NCBI GenBank assembly: GCA_049967475.1
Contig: JBMFSQ010000002.1
Span: 235,508 to 299,507, forward strand
DNA from: Chthonomonadales bacterium
Lineage (GTDB): Bacteria; Armatimonadota; Chthonomonadetes; Chthonomonadales; CAJBBX01
Length of the DNA: 64,000 nt
Direction: 5' to 3'
In this document: one piece after another, positions 10,273 through 18,440 of the stretch
Numbering within the stretch: the stretch's first letter is position 1
Layout of the letters: each line of letters starts with the position of its first letter
Translations under genes and position numbers: made by a program
The notes under the pieces: model-generated
Databases searched by the model: none
What the model saw: the letters and a program-made list of their open reading frames with translations, nothing else
Told to the model about the DNA's origin: nothing

Positions 10273-12619
10273 GCGTCCATTCGCAACGAGGCGTTGCGCG
10301 TCCTGTTTGCGGCCCAACGGTCCCTCCGGGATTGCCTTTTGGGTTTGCCTTGTCGTCGCTTTGGTGACGGCCGGATGCTCCCATCACCACCCATCGGCAC
10401 GCCTGAGGCCGAACGCTCCTGCGGTGCCCGCGTACGATGCGCCCGGCATCCCCATGGCTCGCCGCCTGGAATTCATCGCGGAAGCCATCAATCCCAACGA
10501 CGTCCTCAACGAGAACCGCAAGAAGGCCGCCATCCTCAAAACCCAGGTGGAAGCCGAGCAGGATCCCGAATTGAAACGCATGCTCCTTCCCCAATATGCC
10601 CGCCAGCTTCTGTTGGCTGGGGAAACGGATGAAGCGATTAAAGTCTACGAAGACCTTCTGGCTCCCGCGAAGCACCACCCGGAACTTTATGCACCGGGCA
10701 CTTTGGAAGACCTGGAGATGGATTTGGCTCTCGCCTACCTCCGCCTGGGGGAGCAGCAGAACTGCCTTGGGAGCCACACGGCGGAATCGTGCATCCTGCC
10801 GATTAGGGGAGGCGGTGTGCACAAGTTCCCCAAGGGATCGCGCAACGCCATCCGCATCCTAACGGAGATCCTTCGGCACGATCGGAGCAATTTCTCCGCA
10901 GGCTGGCTCCTCAATCTGGCCTACATGACGCTGGGAGAATATCCCGACCGGGTCCCCGTGCAGTGGCGCATCCCTCCACGCGTCTTCAGGTCCGACGGCA
11001 GCGTCGGCCATTTCCCCAACATCGCGCAAGAGGTGGGGCTTGATCTTCAGCAGCTCTCGGGCGGAACGATCCTCGAGGATTTCGACAATGACGGGTATCT
11101 CGACGTTATGATCTCGTCCATCGGCGTGAGAGACCAGCTTCGCTTGTTCCACAACAACGGCGACGGCACCTTCACCGACCGCACGAAGGAAGCCGGGTTG
11201 GCGGGTGAAACAGGCGGCCTCAACATCATGCAAACAGATTACGACAACGACGGCTTTGCCGATGTCCTCATCCTCAGGGGCGCCTGGTTCGGCAAAGGCG
11301 GTCACTGGCCTCTCTCCCTCCTGCACAACAATGGGAACGGCACCTTTACCGATGTCACCGAACAGGCCGGCCTCCTGCGCTTTCATCCTACACAGGCCGC
11401 CGTGTGGCTCGATTACAATGGAGATGGCTGGCTGGATCTGTTCGTGGGTGATGAAACGCGCCCCGACGATGAGAACCCGTGCGAGCTCTTCCGCAATAAT
11501 GGAGACGGAACCTTTACCAATGTGGCACACCAATGCGGTGTGGATGTGAAGGGCTTCGTGAAGGGGGTAGCCAGCGCAGACTACAACAACGACGGACGGC
11601 CGGACCTCTTTATCTCGATCCAGGGGCATAGGAACGTACTCTTCCGCAACGATGGACCGGCGGACCCAGCCCAGGGAGCCCGTTCTCCATGGAAGTTCAC
11701 CGATGTGACCACAGAGGCCGGCGTTGCCAAACCCATCAACAGCTTCTCATGCTTCTTCTTCGACTACGACAACGACGGGTGGCCCGATCTCTTCGTGAGC
11801 GGCTACAGCTTCAACAATGCCGACATCGGCCAAATCGCCAAGGATTACCTTGGCCTCCCATCCGGAAACAACGACTATCCGGCACTCTATCACAACGACC
11901 GCCACGGCCACTTCATAGACGTTACCCGCCAGACACACGTGCACAAATTGCTGTTCGGCATGGGCATCAACTTCGGCGATCTGGATAATGACGGGTGGCT
12001 GGATTTCTACGTGGGGACAGGCACTCCGGACCTCGCCTTCCTTATGCCCAACAAGATGTTCCGAAATTACCTTGGCAAGTTCTTCCAGGACGTTACAACC
12101 TCCGGAGGCTTCGGCCATCTTCAGAAGGGCCACGGCATCTCCTTTGGAGACCTACGCAACAATGGCCAGCAAGACGTCTTCGAGAGTATGGGCGGCATCT
12201 ATGACGGCGACACAGCCTATTCGGTTCTCTATCGCAATCCCGGTCACGGCAACCACTGGATCACTCTAAAGCTTGAGGGTACCCGCACCAACCGGGCCGC
12301 CATCGGCGCGCGCATCAAGGTAACCGTAGAACGGCCGGGCGGCGCGCGTGTCGTCTACAAGACGGTGGGCACGGGCGGCAGCTTCGGGGCCAATCCTTTG
12401 CGCCAGGAGATCGGGCTGGGGGACGCTACAGCCATCCGCACAGTCGAAGTATTCTGGCCGGTCCCCGGCGAAACCCAGGTCCTCACGGGTCTGCGGATGG
12501 ATCGCTTCTACTGCATCCGACAGGGTACAACGCAGGCCGTTCCATGGCTCCTTCACTCCTTTGAGTACAAGCCCCAAAAGCACCACGAGCATCATCCCGG
12601 CATGTCCATGCCCATGTAG
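10250..12619 (+). CDS. CRTAC1-family protein (TPR-like region, FG-GAP repeats, ASPIC/UnbV), probable lipoprotein
   Basis: Repeated DxDNDGxxD / NNGDGTFTD motifs, C-terminal NHWITLKLEG...AIGARI...GLG ASPIC/UnbV pattern, LVTAGC lipobox-like. Start codon uncertain. Confidence 0.88.
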   Translation: MACASPFRRPFATRRCASCLRPNGPSGIAFWVCLVVALVTAGCSHHHPSARLRPNAPAVPAYDAPGIPMARRLEFIAEAINPNDVLNENRKKAAILKTQVEAEQDPELKRMLLPQYARQLLLAGETDEAIKVYEDLLAPAKHHPELYAPGTLEDLEMDLALAYLRLGEQQNCLGSHTAESCILPIRGGGVHKFPKGSRNAIRILTEILRHDRSNFSAGWLLNLAYMTLGEYPDRVPVQWRIPPRVFRSDGSVGHFPNIAQEVGLDLQQLSGGTILEDFDNDGYLDVMISSIGVRDQLRLFHNNGDGTFTDRTKEAGLAGETGGLNIMQTDYDNDGFADVLILRGAWFGKGGHWPLSLLHNNGNGTFTDVTEQAGLLRFHPTQAAVWLDYNGDGWLDLFVGDETRPDDENPCELFRNNGDGTFTNVAHQCGVDVKGFVKGVASADYNNDGRPDLFISIQGHRNVLFRNDGPADPAQGARSPWKFTDVTTEAGVAKPINSFSCFFFDYDNDGWPDLFVSGYSFNNADIGQIAKDYLGLPSGNNDYPALYHNDRHGHFIDVTRQTHVHKLLFGMGINFGDLDNDGWLDFYVGTGTPDLAFLMPNKMFRNYLGKFFQDVTTSGGFGHLQKGHGISFGDLRNNGQQDVFESMGGIYDGDTAYSVLYRNPGHGNHWITLKLEGTRTNRAAIGARIKVTVERPGGARVVYKTVGTGGSFGANPLRQEIGLGDATAIRTVEVFWPVPGETQVLTGLRMDRFYCIRQGTTQAVPWLLHSFEYKPQKHHEHHPGMSMPM

Positions 12620-14968
12620 GTGCACGCGATGAACGCCAACATGTACAGGAAGACATTCGCTCTACTTCTGATCACCGGATGCGCGATCCTAGCGATGCCC
12701 GGTGCGGCCGGCATGGATCAGGAAATCGCGCCTCGGGCGCGCTTTACCTTCGTCATTCCGGCGGCAGGCGTCACCAGCGCCGCCATTTACCGTCCTGACG
12801 GATCCCTCGTGCGGGTGCTTTGGGCCCTGAAGCATCCGGCCTCGGGCCGCCACACTGCCGCATGGGACGGAAAGGACGAGCGCGGCGAGATTGCTCCGCC
12901 CGGATTGTACCGGTGGCGCGTCCTTGTGAACCAGGGAGCATACGTCAATGTAGGAGCCATCGGAAACAGCGGCGTTCCGCACAATGCAGCGGGACACATC
13001 CCGGTCAACATGGAGAGCATCGCCGTAGATGATGAGGGGTGCGTCTACACGGCTAATGGGTGGGATGAAGCGGGAGCCGATTTCAAGAAGTGGGATGCCT
13101 CGGGCCGCTCCCTCTACGACGCCCATTACCAAATCCGCAACGGCAAACCCAACGGCGCCCCCTACGCTATCGCTGTGGACGACCGGTATCTTTACTGCTC
13201 GGTGGGAGGATGGGCTTCTACACCCTGGAACAGCCGGCAGCAAATCCAGCGCTTCCGCAGATCGGACGGCGTCGAGGCGCCCTTCACCGGAACGGGACTT
13301 GTAGACGGGCACATCCAGGTTTGGGAGTGGCCGGAGCATCACATCCCAGCCGGCACCGGCGAGGCGGACACCAATCTGCTGCGCCATCCGCTCCGTTCAC
13401 TGGCCGTGTCCGGCAACGATCTGCTGGTGGCGGATGCTCTAGGCGGGCGCGTCCTCCGCTTCGAAAAGGACACGGGCATGCAGGTTGGGGCCTTTTCCGT
13501 GCCGCTACCGCTCGCCCTGACCGTACGGCGTGACGGCACCATTTGGGTGGCCCACGAGCATCGTCGGATTTCGGTCTATTCCCCGGCCGGCTCATTCCTC
13601 AAGGAGCCGTTTACGAACCTCGGAGATGTGCAGGCGGTGAACTTCGACGCTTCAGGGCGCCTCCTCGTGGCCGATGCAGGAGCAGGGCAGGTAAAGATCT
13701 TTGACGTCAATGGCCCCGAACCCCGCCTGGTGGGAACCCTGGGCCGCAAGGCACACCCCGGTGACCGCGATCCGGCTGCCTTCTACCATCTGCGGGGCGT
13801 TGCCGCCGGGCCCAAGGGCGAGATCTTTACCATCCAGACCGAACCCTTATGCGGAGCACGCTTGGCCAAATGGTCGTCCAATCTTCGCCTCGTGTGGGAG
13901 CAATTCGGAGAGGAGTTTGTGTCCCTGGGAAACTACGGAAGGGAGGATCCGAGCCTCTTTATCTCCATGACGCTTCATCGGTACCGCCTTGGAAGGCACT
14001 CGGCCGGCGATTGGACTTATACGGGAAGCATCGCACCCGAGGGCAACCGCCACACCTCCGATGTTCACGGTGTTCCGCGCATCCTGCACATCGGCAAAGG
14101 AACCTTCGTCTTTATGCCTACAGGCGACGGAGTGCAGATCTACCGCTACGCAAAGGGCATTCTGCACCTCAGCAGCATCGTGGGCGGCCGGGATCCCGCA
14201 CCCGACGGATCGCGCAACGGCCCACCCGCTCAGTGGACCTGGAGCGATCGGCGCGGCATCGGGGATCTTCAAATGCGCGACGTGGAATGGTTTCGCACTC
14301 CCGGACGTGGAACCTATGCCGTATTCGGAATGGATGTGGACCACCGCGGGACGATCTGGTTCGCGAACCTGGCCACTCACTCCATTTGGGCTTTGCCTAT
14401 GGACGGATTGGACCGCCGGGGCAATCCGGTTTACCATTGGGCCCACGCTCGGGAGATCATTGCCAGGGACACGTCTTCGCTTCGCTTCGACCCTACTATG
14501 GTACAGCACGCAGCCGACGGGTCGCTGTATGCATTCGGATGGAGCGCTCCCTGGCCAGCACCTGCCAATAACCCCTTCTGGATGGGAGGCACCACTCTGG
14601 CGCACTTCGGGCCCGATCGGCGATTGCGTTGGGCTCTTCCCCTACCCGAAGTCTGCGTGGGGCTCGACGCCGTTCCAGGCGGAGGATGCATGGCAGGCGG
14701 CGGCCGCAGCGCTCATATCTACCACTACACCCCAGACGGCCTCCTGGCAGGTATTCTGGCACCGGGCAAGGCCATGGGCGGCGAAAGCGGTTGGATGGAT
14801 AACCATGCTTCCGTTGCCGTAAACAGAGATCCTCGCGATGGTGTCCTGGACGTCTTTGCCGAAGATGATTATGATTTGCGCATCGGCTGGTATCGAGTGG
14901 ACGACCGGCATATGCGGCGGATGGAGGGAAGCATCGTCCTTCCACCTCCCTCAGGAGTTACCCCATGA
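12620..14968 (+). CDS. Secreted FlgD-Ig-like plus NHL/beta-propeller protein
   Basis: Signal peptide, IYRPDGSLVRVL...WDGKDERGE..PPGLY (FlgD-Ig pattern) and NHL-like repeats (LLVAD...VKIFD). The true start may be ATG 12629. Confidence 0.75.
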   Translation: MHAMNANMYRKTFALLLITGCAILAMPGAAGMDQEIAPRARFTFVIPAAGVTSAAIYRPDGSLVRVLWALKHPASGRHTAAWDGKDERGEIAPPGLYRWRVLVNQGAYVNVGAIGNSGVPHNAAGHIPVNMESIAVDDEGCVYTANGWDEAGADFKKWDASGRSLYDAHYQIRNGKPNGAPYAIAVDDRYLYCSVGGWASTPWNSRQQIQRFRRSDGVEAPFTGTGLVDGHIQVWEWPEHHIPAGTGEADTNLLRHPLRSLAVSGNDLLVADALGGRVLRFEKDTGMQVGAFSVPLPLALTVRRDGTIWVAHEHRRISVYSPAGSFLKEPFTNLGDVQAVNFDASGRLLVADAGAGQVKIFDVNGPEPRLVGTLGRKAHPGDRDPAAFYHLRGVAAGPKGEIFTIQTEPLCGARLAKWSSNLRLVWEQFGEEFVSLGNYGREDPSLFISMTLHRYRLGRHSAGDWTYTGSIAPEGNRHTSDVHGVPRILHIGKGTFVFMPTGDGVQIYRYAKGILHLSSIVGGRDPAPDGSRNGPPAQWTWSDRRGIGDLQMRDVEWFRTPGRGTYAVFGMDVDHRGTIWFANLATHSIWALPMDGLDRRGNPVYHWAHAREIIARDTSSLRFDPTMVQHAADGSLYAFGWSAPWPAPANNPFWMGGTTLAHFGPDRRLRWALPLPEVCVGLDAVPGGGCMAGGGRSAHIYHYTPDGLLAGILAPGKAMGGESGWMDNHASVAVNRDPRDGVLDVFAEDDYDLRIGWYRVDDRHMRRMEGSIVLPPPSGVTP

Positions 14969-16047
14969 CCGAACGCGACCGCTTTCATGCCTGTATGGAT
15001 TACCGGCCCGTGGATGTAACTCCCCACTGGACTTGGGGAGGGTGGCCAGAAACCATCGAGCGGTGGAAAGCCGAAGGATATGACCCCCACACGATGGACA
15101 TCGCCGAGCATGCAAGCCCGGTCCAGTGGGCAGGAAGCTGGTTCTTCCCGCATCCTCCCTTCGAACACACCGTTGTGGAGGAAGATGAGGAACACGTCCT
15201 CTACATCAACCACGAAGGGATCCTGATGCGCGAACTGAAGAACCGGCCGCTCTCCTCTATGCCTCAGTTTGTGCGCTTCCCTGTAGAGACGCGCGAAGAC
15301 TTCAGAAGCTTCTGGAGATCGCGCATGCAGCCGAATCTCGAAGCGCGGATAGGCCCCAAGTGGCGCCAAGAGATACAGGCCCGCGCAGCCACTGACGCAC
15401 CCTTCATTGTGATCTCGGATCGGTGGGGAGGCTTCTTCGGGCCGCTGCGCAATCTGGTGGGGGTAGAGCGCCTGTGCACCTTGTTCTACGATGACCCAGC
15501 CTTTGTGGAAGAGATGATGGACGCGGATGCGGACTTCATCATTGCCATGATGGAGCGCATCCTGGATGTTGCACCGGTGGACGCCTTTGCCTTCTGGGAG
15601 GATATGGCTTACAAGACAGGGCCGCTCCTCACGCCGCGCCTGGCTCGCAAGTACATGCTGCCGCGGTACCGGCGCGTCTCCGAGTTTCTGGCGGGCCGCG
15701 GCGTCCGCTGGATAGGGCTCGATAGCGACGGCAATATCGAAGCCCTTATCCCCATATGGCTGGATGCCGGCCTCAATTTCCTGTACCCATTCGAAGTTCA
15801 GGCAGGAATGGATGTGGTGTCCGTGAGGCGCCGGTACGGCCGGGATTTGCGCATGTGGGGTGGTATAGACAAGAGGGCCGTGGCGGCCGGGACTGCCGCC
15901 ATCGAAGCCGAATTGCAGCGTGTGCGGCCCCTCATCGAAGAAGGAGGTTATATCCCGATGCTGGATCATTCATGCCCGCCCGACATCTCATGGCAGAACT
16001 ACACGTACTATATGCGCCGCTTGGCCGAAATATGCCGCCATTCGTGA
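14965..16047 (+). CDS. Uroporphyrinogen decarboxylase (UroD/MetE-like) family protein, probably not HemE
   Basis: MTERDRFHACM..RPVD start, WEDMAYKTG, DSDGN, MWGGIDK and GGYIPMLDHSCPPD. ATGA overlap with the upstream stop. Confidence 0.85.
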   Translation: MTERDRFHACMDYRPVDVTPHWTWGGWPETIERWKAEGYDPHTMDIAEHASPVQWAGSWFFPHPPFEHTVVEEDEEHVLYINHEGILMRELKNRPLSSMPQFVRFPVETREDFRSFWRSRMQPNLEARIGPKWRQEIQARAATDAPFIVISDRWGGFFGPLRNLVGVERLCTLFYDDPAFVEEMMDADADFIIAMMERILDVAPVDAFAFWEDMAYKTGPLLTPRLARKYMLPRYRRVSEFLAGRGVRWIGLDSDGNIEALIPIWLDAGLNFLYPFEVQAGMDVVSVRRRYGRDLRMWGGIDKRAVAAGTAAIEAELQRVRPLIEEGGYIPMLDHSCPPDISWQNYTYYMRRLAEICRHS

Positions 16048-16115
16048 TCCGCTCCGCTCCTCTCTGAAGGAACCTCCTTCTTTGCCGGCGAAGCATAGCT
16101 TGGGAGCACGAGGCC

Positions 16116-16352
16116 ATGTCAAAACGCGATGCGGACGATCCGGAACAGCTCTACAGAAAATACCAGGCGCATGTGATCGGCTGCCCCGTTTGCTCCATAG
16201 CCGTCGCCCGTAACCTATGGATGGAAGGCCTCGAGATCGAAGGGCTTTGCGCAGAAGGCCGCATCATGTGGACCCGGTGGGAGGCAGCCGAGCGAGCATG
16301 GTTCCTGGAGATGCTGGGTCCTCCCAACAGCGGCCGATCACTCTGGCAGTAG
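16116..16352 (+). CDS. Small hypothetical protein with HxxxCxxC and a distal Cys
   Basis: GAGG before ATG. 78 aa containing HVIGCPVC...LCAEG. Confidence 0.55.
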   Translation: MSKRDADDPEQLYRKYQAHVIGCPVCSIAVARNLWMEGLEIEGLCAEGRIMWTRWEAAERAWFLEMLGPPNSGRSLWQ

Positions 16353-16365
16353 AAATATGGAGATC

Positions 16366-16605
16366 TTATGGGCGCCGCTCCGTCGCGAGCACGCCGCCTG
16401 CGATCGAGGATAGGGCAAGAACCTCCAGGAGGATGCGCTCCAGGTCCACGCTTACAGAGCCCTCAGGCGGCATCCAGATTGGAGCATATCCTCCGCAATA
16501 AGACCTTCCGTACGTGCCCATCCCGGTTTTCCACGGCGGCACCATCAGCACCACCACGGCACCCGCAATTGCAACCCATATCGTCCACATCCGGCGCGCA
16601 TTCAT
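16366..16605 (-). CDS. Small two-TM membrane protein
   Basis: GGAGGAG RBS before ATG 16605. Two hydrophobic segments flank PPW...GYAPIW.PP. Confidence 0.65.
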   Translation of the reverse strand: MNARRMWTIWVAIAGAVVVLMVPPWKTGMGTYGRSYCGGYAPIWMPPEGSVSVDLERILLEVLALSSIAGGVLATERRP

Positions 16606-16687
16606 AGGCTCTCCTCCACTGCAACCTATCCCTAGTATAAGTCGCTGGAACACTGCCTGAACCGGAAAGCCGTATTTGTGCGCCTGA

Positions 16688-18304
16688 TCAGCTTCTTTCG
16701 AGCACCACCAGCCAGTCGCCAATGGCTTCTGCGTGGCCGGCGGTGGGATTGCTGAGCTGCGCGGTCCCGTCGTCATGCGGAACGACCATTCCCAGCCGAT
16801 ACTCCTGGCCCGTTGCCGGATCATAGCACTGCGCCCGCCAGGCATCGCCTCCCAAGCCGCGCACCTCAAGGTCCAGCGGCTCGGGCGCGTAGAGGATGCG
16901 CACATCGCTGCTTCCGGCGGCGTACGGTGCGTGCCAGCGGTCACGCGCTTCAGAACCCGGGCGATAGTCCACCCATTCCGGATGCGGTTCAAAGCGCCAC
17001 CAATCATAACGCTCCAGAAGCTTCTTGGCCCATCCCAATTGAGCGGAGCCAGGGAGGTGCATGGCTTGGTTCCAAGGCGTAGGCCCATAAGTACCCCCAT
17101 GAGGCGAGGCGCCGTAGGGGGCATTCTCCCGGTTCAATTGCCAGATGCCGTTGGCGCCGTAGGTGTGCCCGCATGCACCACTCAGGATGCAGGTCCAAAA
17201 CATGAGGCGTTGCACATCCGCATGACACCTGCCCAGAATGCCTTCGTAATTCACCTCTGAATTGAGGACCGGCATCGTCGGTTTCTGGGCCCGGGACCAG
17301 CGCACCGTCTCCACCGTAGGTGCGAGGCTCTCGCGGTCTCCATGACCCGTCTGGAGCATATCGAAATCGAGCAGACTGGGATCGTCAATGGCGCATCGGG
17401 CGCTCAGCCTCCCAAGCCCGGTGGGATGGATGGACACGAGGCGGTGGAAAGGGTCTGTTTGCCGCACATACCGGGCAACTTCCGTCCAGCCATGGACCGC
17501 GCGGCGATCCTCGAAGGGAAAGCCCGGCTCGAGATACCACGGGAGGTTGGCCTCGCCGGCGATGCACCAGACTACTGGGTAGGCCCCCCACCGCGCTATG
17601 AGATACCGCCAGTGCTCCTTCATGCGATCCAGCCCAAGCCAAGGAAGGTAGTATCCCCACGCACCCACGATGCAAGGCACGATGCCGTTATCCACCAGGT
17701 GCGCGATGCGGTGATCGGCCCAATCGAAGTAGATGGGCCGAATGGCGGACCAATCCGGTTCCCATGGAAAGCCTCCTTCATTGGCGCCGCGTTCATCGAA
17801 GGCGCCCATGTCCGGATAGAGGCCTGCCACGATCTGCACCACATTGAAACCCTTTGCCACGCGGTCTGAAACGAGCTCTCGAAACTCGTCAGGCCAGTGG
17901 ATCCGCTTACACAAACCCATCCACCACGTGTCTCCCAGCCAGAAGAACGGGGTCCCGTCTGCGTGCTGAAGGGTTCGCCGGCTCTGCGACAGGCGCAACG
18001 CTCCGTGCCGAAACAGCGGATTGGGACCCTCATAAGGCGTTACGATGAGGCTCCCTTCCACATCATTCAGGCCATGGTCCCGCGCATCCGCACACAGGGT
18101 GCGGAAGCTGTGCAGGCCCACCTCTCCTGATGAGTAGCGCACCTTCCACAGAGAGCCGCCCGCCCAAAAGGCCGGCACCCGCGCGGTTTCGCCGGATGGC
18201 GCGGTAAAGAGGACGTCCACCGTCACGTCCTTATCGAGCGGGGCACTATGGCGGGCTGAGTTGAAAGTTATCTCTGCCACGTGGTTTGCAGGCACATTGA
18301 GCAT
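16688..18304 (-). CDS. DUF5060/DUF4038 (apiosidase-like) glycoside hydrolase
   Basis: AFWAGGSLWKVRYS, HADGTPFFWLGDTWW, KGFNVVQ, RYLIARWGAYPVVWCIAGE, QTGH, ExNYE and GHTYGANGIW. GGAGG RBS before ATG 18304. Confidence 0.85.
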   Translation of the reverse strand: MLNVPANHVAEITFNSARHSAPLDKDVTVDVLFTAPSGETARVPAFWAGGSLWKVRYSSGEVGLHSFRTLCADARDHGLNDVEGSLIVTPYEGPNPLFRHGALRLSQSRRTLQHADGTPFFWLGDTWWMGLCKRIHWPDEFRELVSDRVAKGFNVVQIVAGLYPDMGAFDERGANEGGFPWEPDWSAIRPIYFDWADHRIAHLVDNGIVPCIVGAWGYYLPWLGLDRMKEHWRYLIARWGAYPVVWCIAGEANLPWYLEPGFPFEDRRAVHGWTEVARYVRQTDPFHRLVSIHPTGLGRLSARCAIDDPSLLDFDMLQTGHGDRESLAPTVETVRWSRAQKPTMPVLNSEVNYEGILGRCHADVQRLMFWTCILSGACGHTYGANGIWQLNRENAPYGASPHGGTYGPTPWNQAMHLPGSAQLGWAKKLLERYDWWRFEPHPEWVDYRPGSEARDRWHAPYAAGSSDVRILYAPEPLDLEVRGLGGDAWRAQCYDPATGQEYRLGMVVPHDDGTAQLSNPTAGHAEAIGDWLVVLERS

Positions 18305-18401
18305 GGACGGAGCCTCCCGTGCGAACGTTTGCCGGTAGCCATTCCACACGCACCTACGAAGCACCTGCGTGCCGCTGTGGAGTGCCCGCAAGGGCTGCGA
18401 A

Positions 18402-18431
18402 TTGACATGGAAGAGGACCCCGGCTTATAAT
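18402..18431 (+). promoter_or_regulatory. Consensus sigma70 promoter of the PBP1A gene
   Basis: TTGACA (18402-18407)-N18-TATAAT (18426-18431). Confidence 0.8.
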
Positions 18432-18440
18432 CTGGGTATC

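Noticed and set aside
14965..16047. hemE completing the heme pathway
   Set aside because: It lacks the HemE N-terminal PVWxMRQAGR motif and resembles the broader UroD/methyltransferase-like family.
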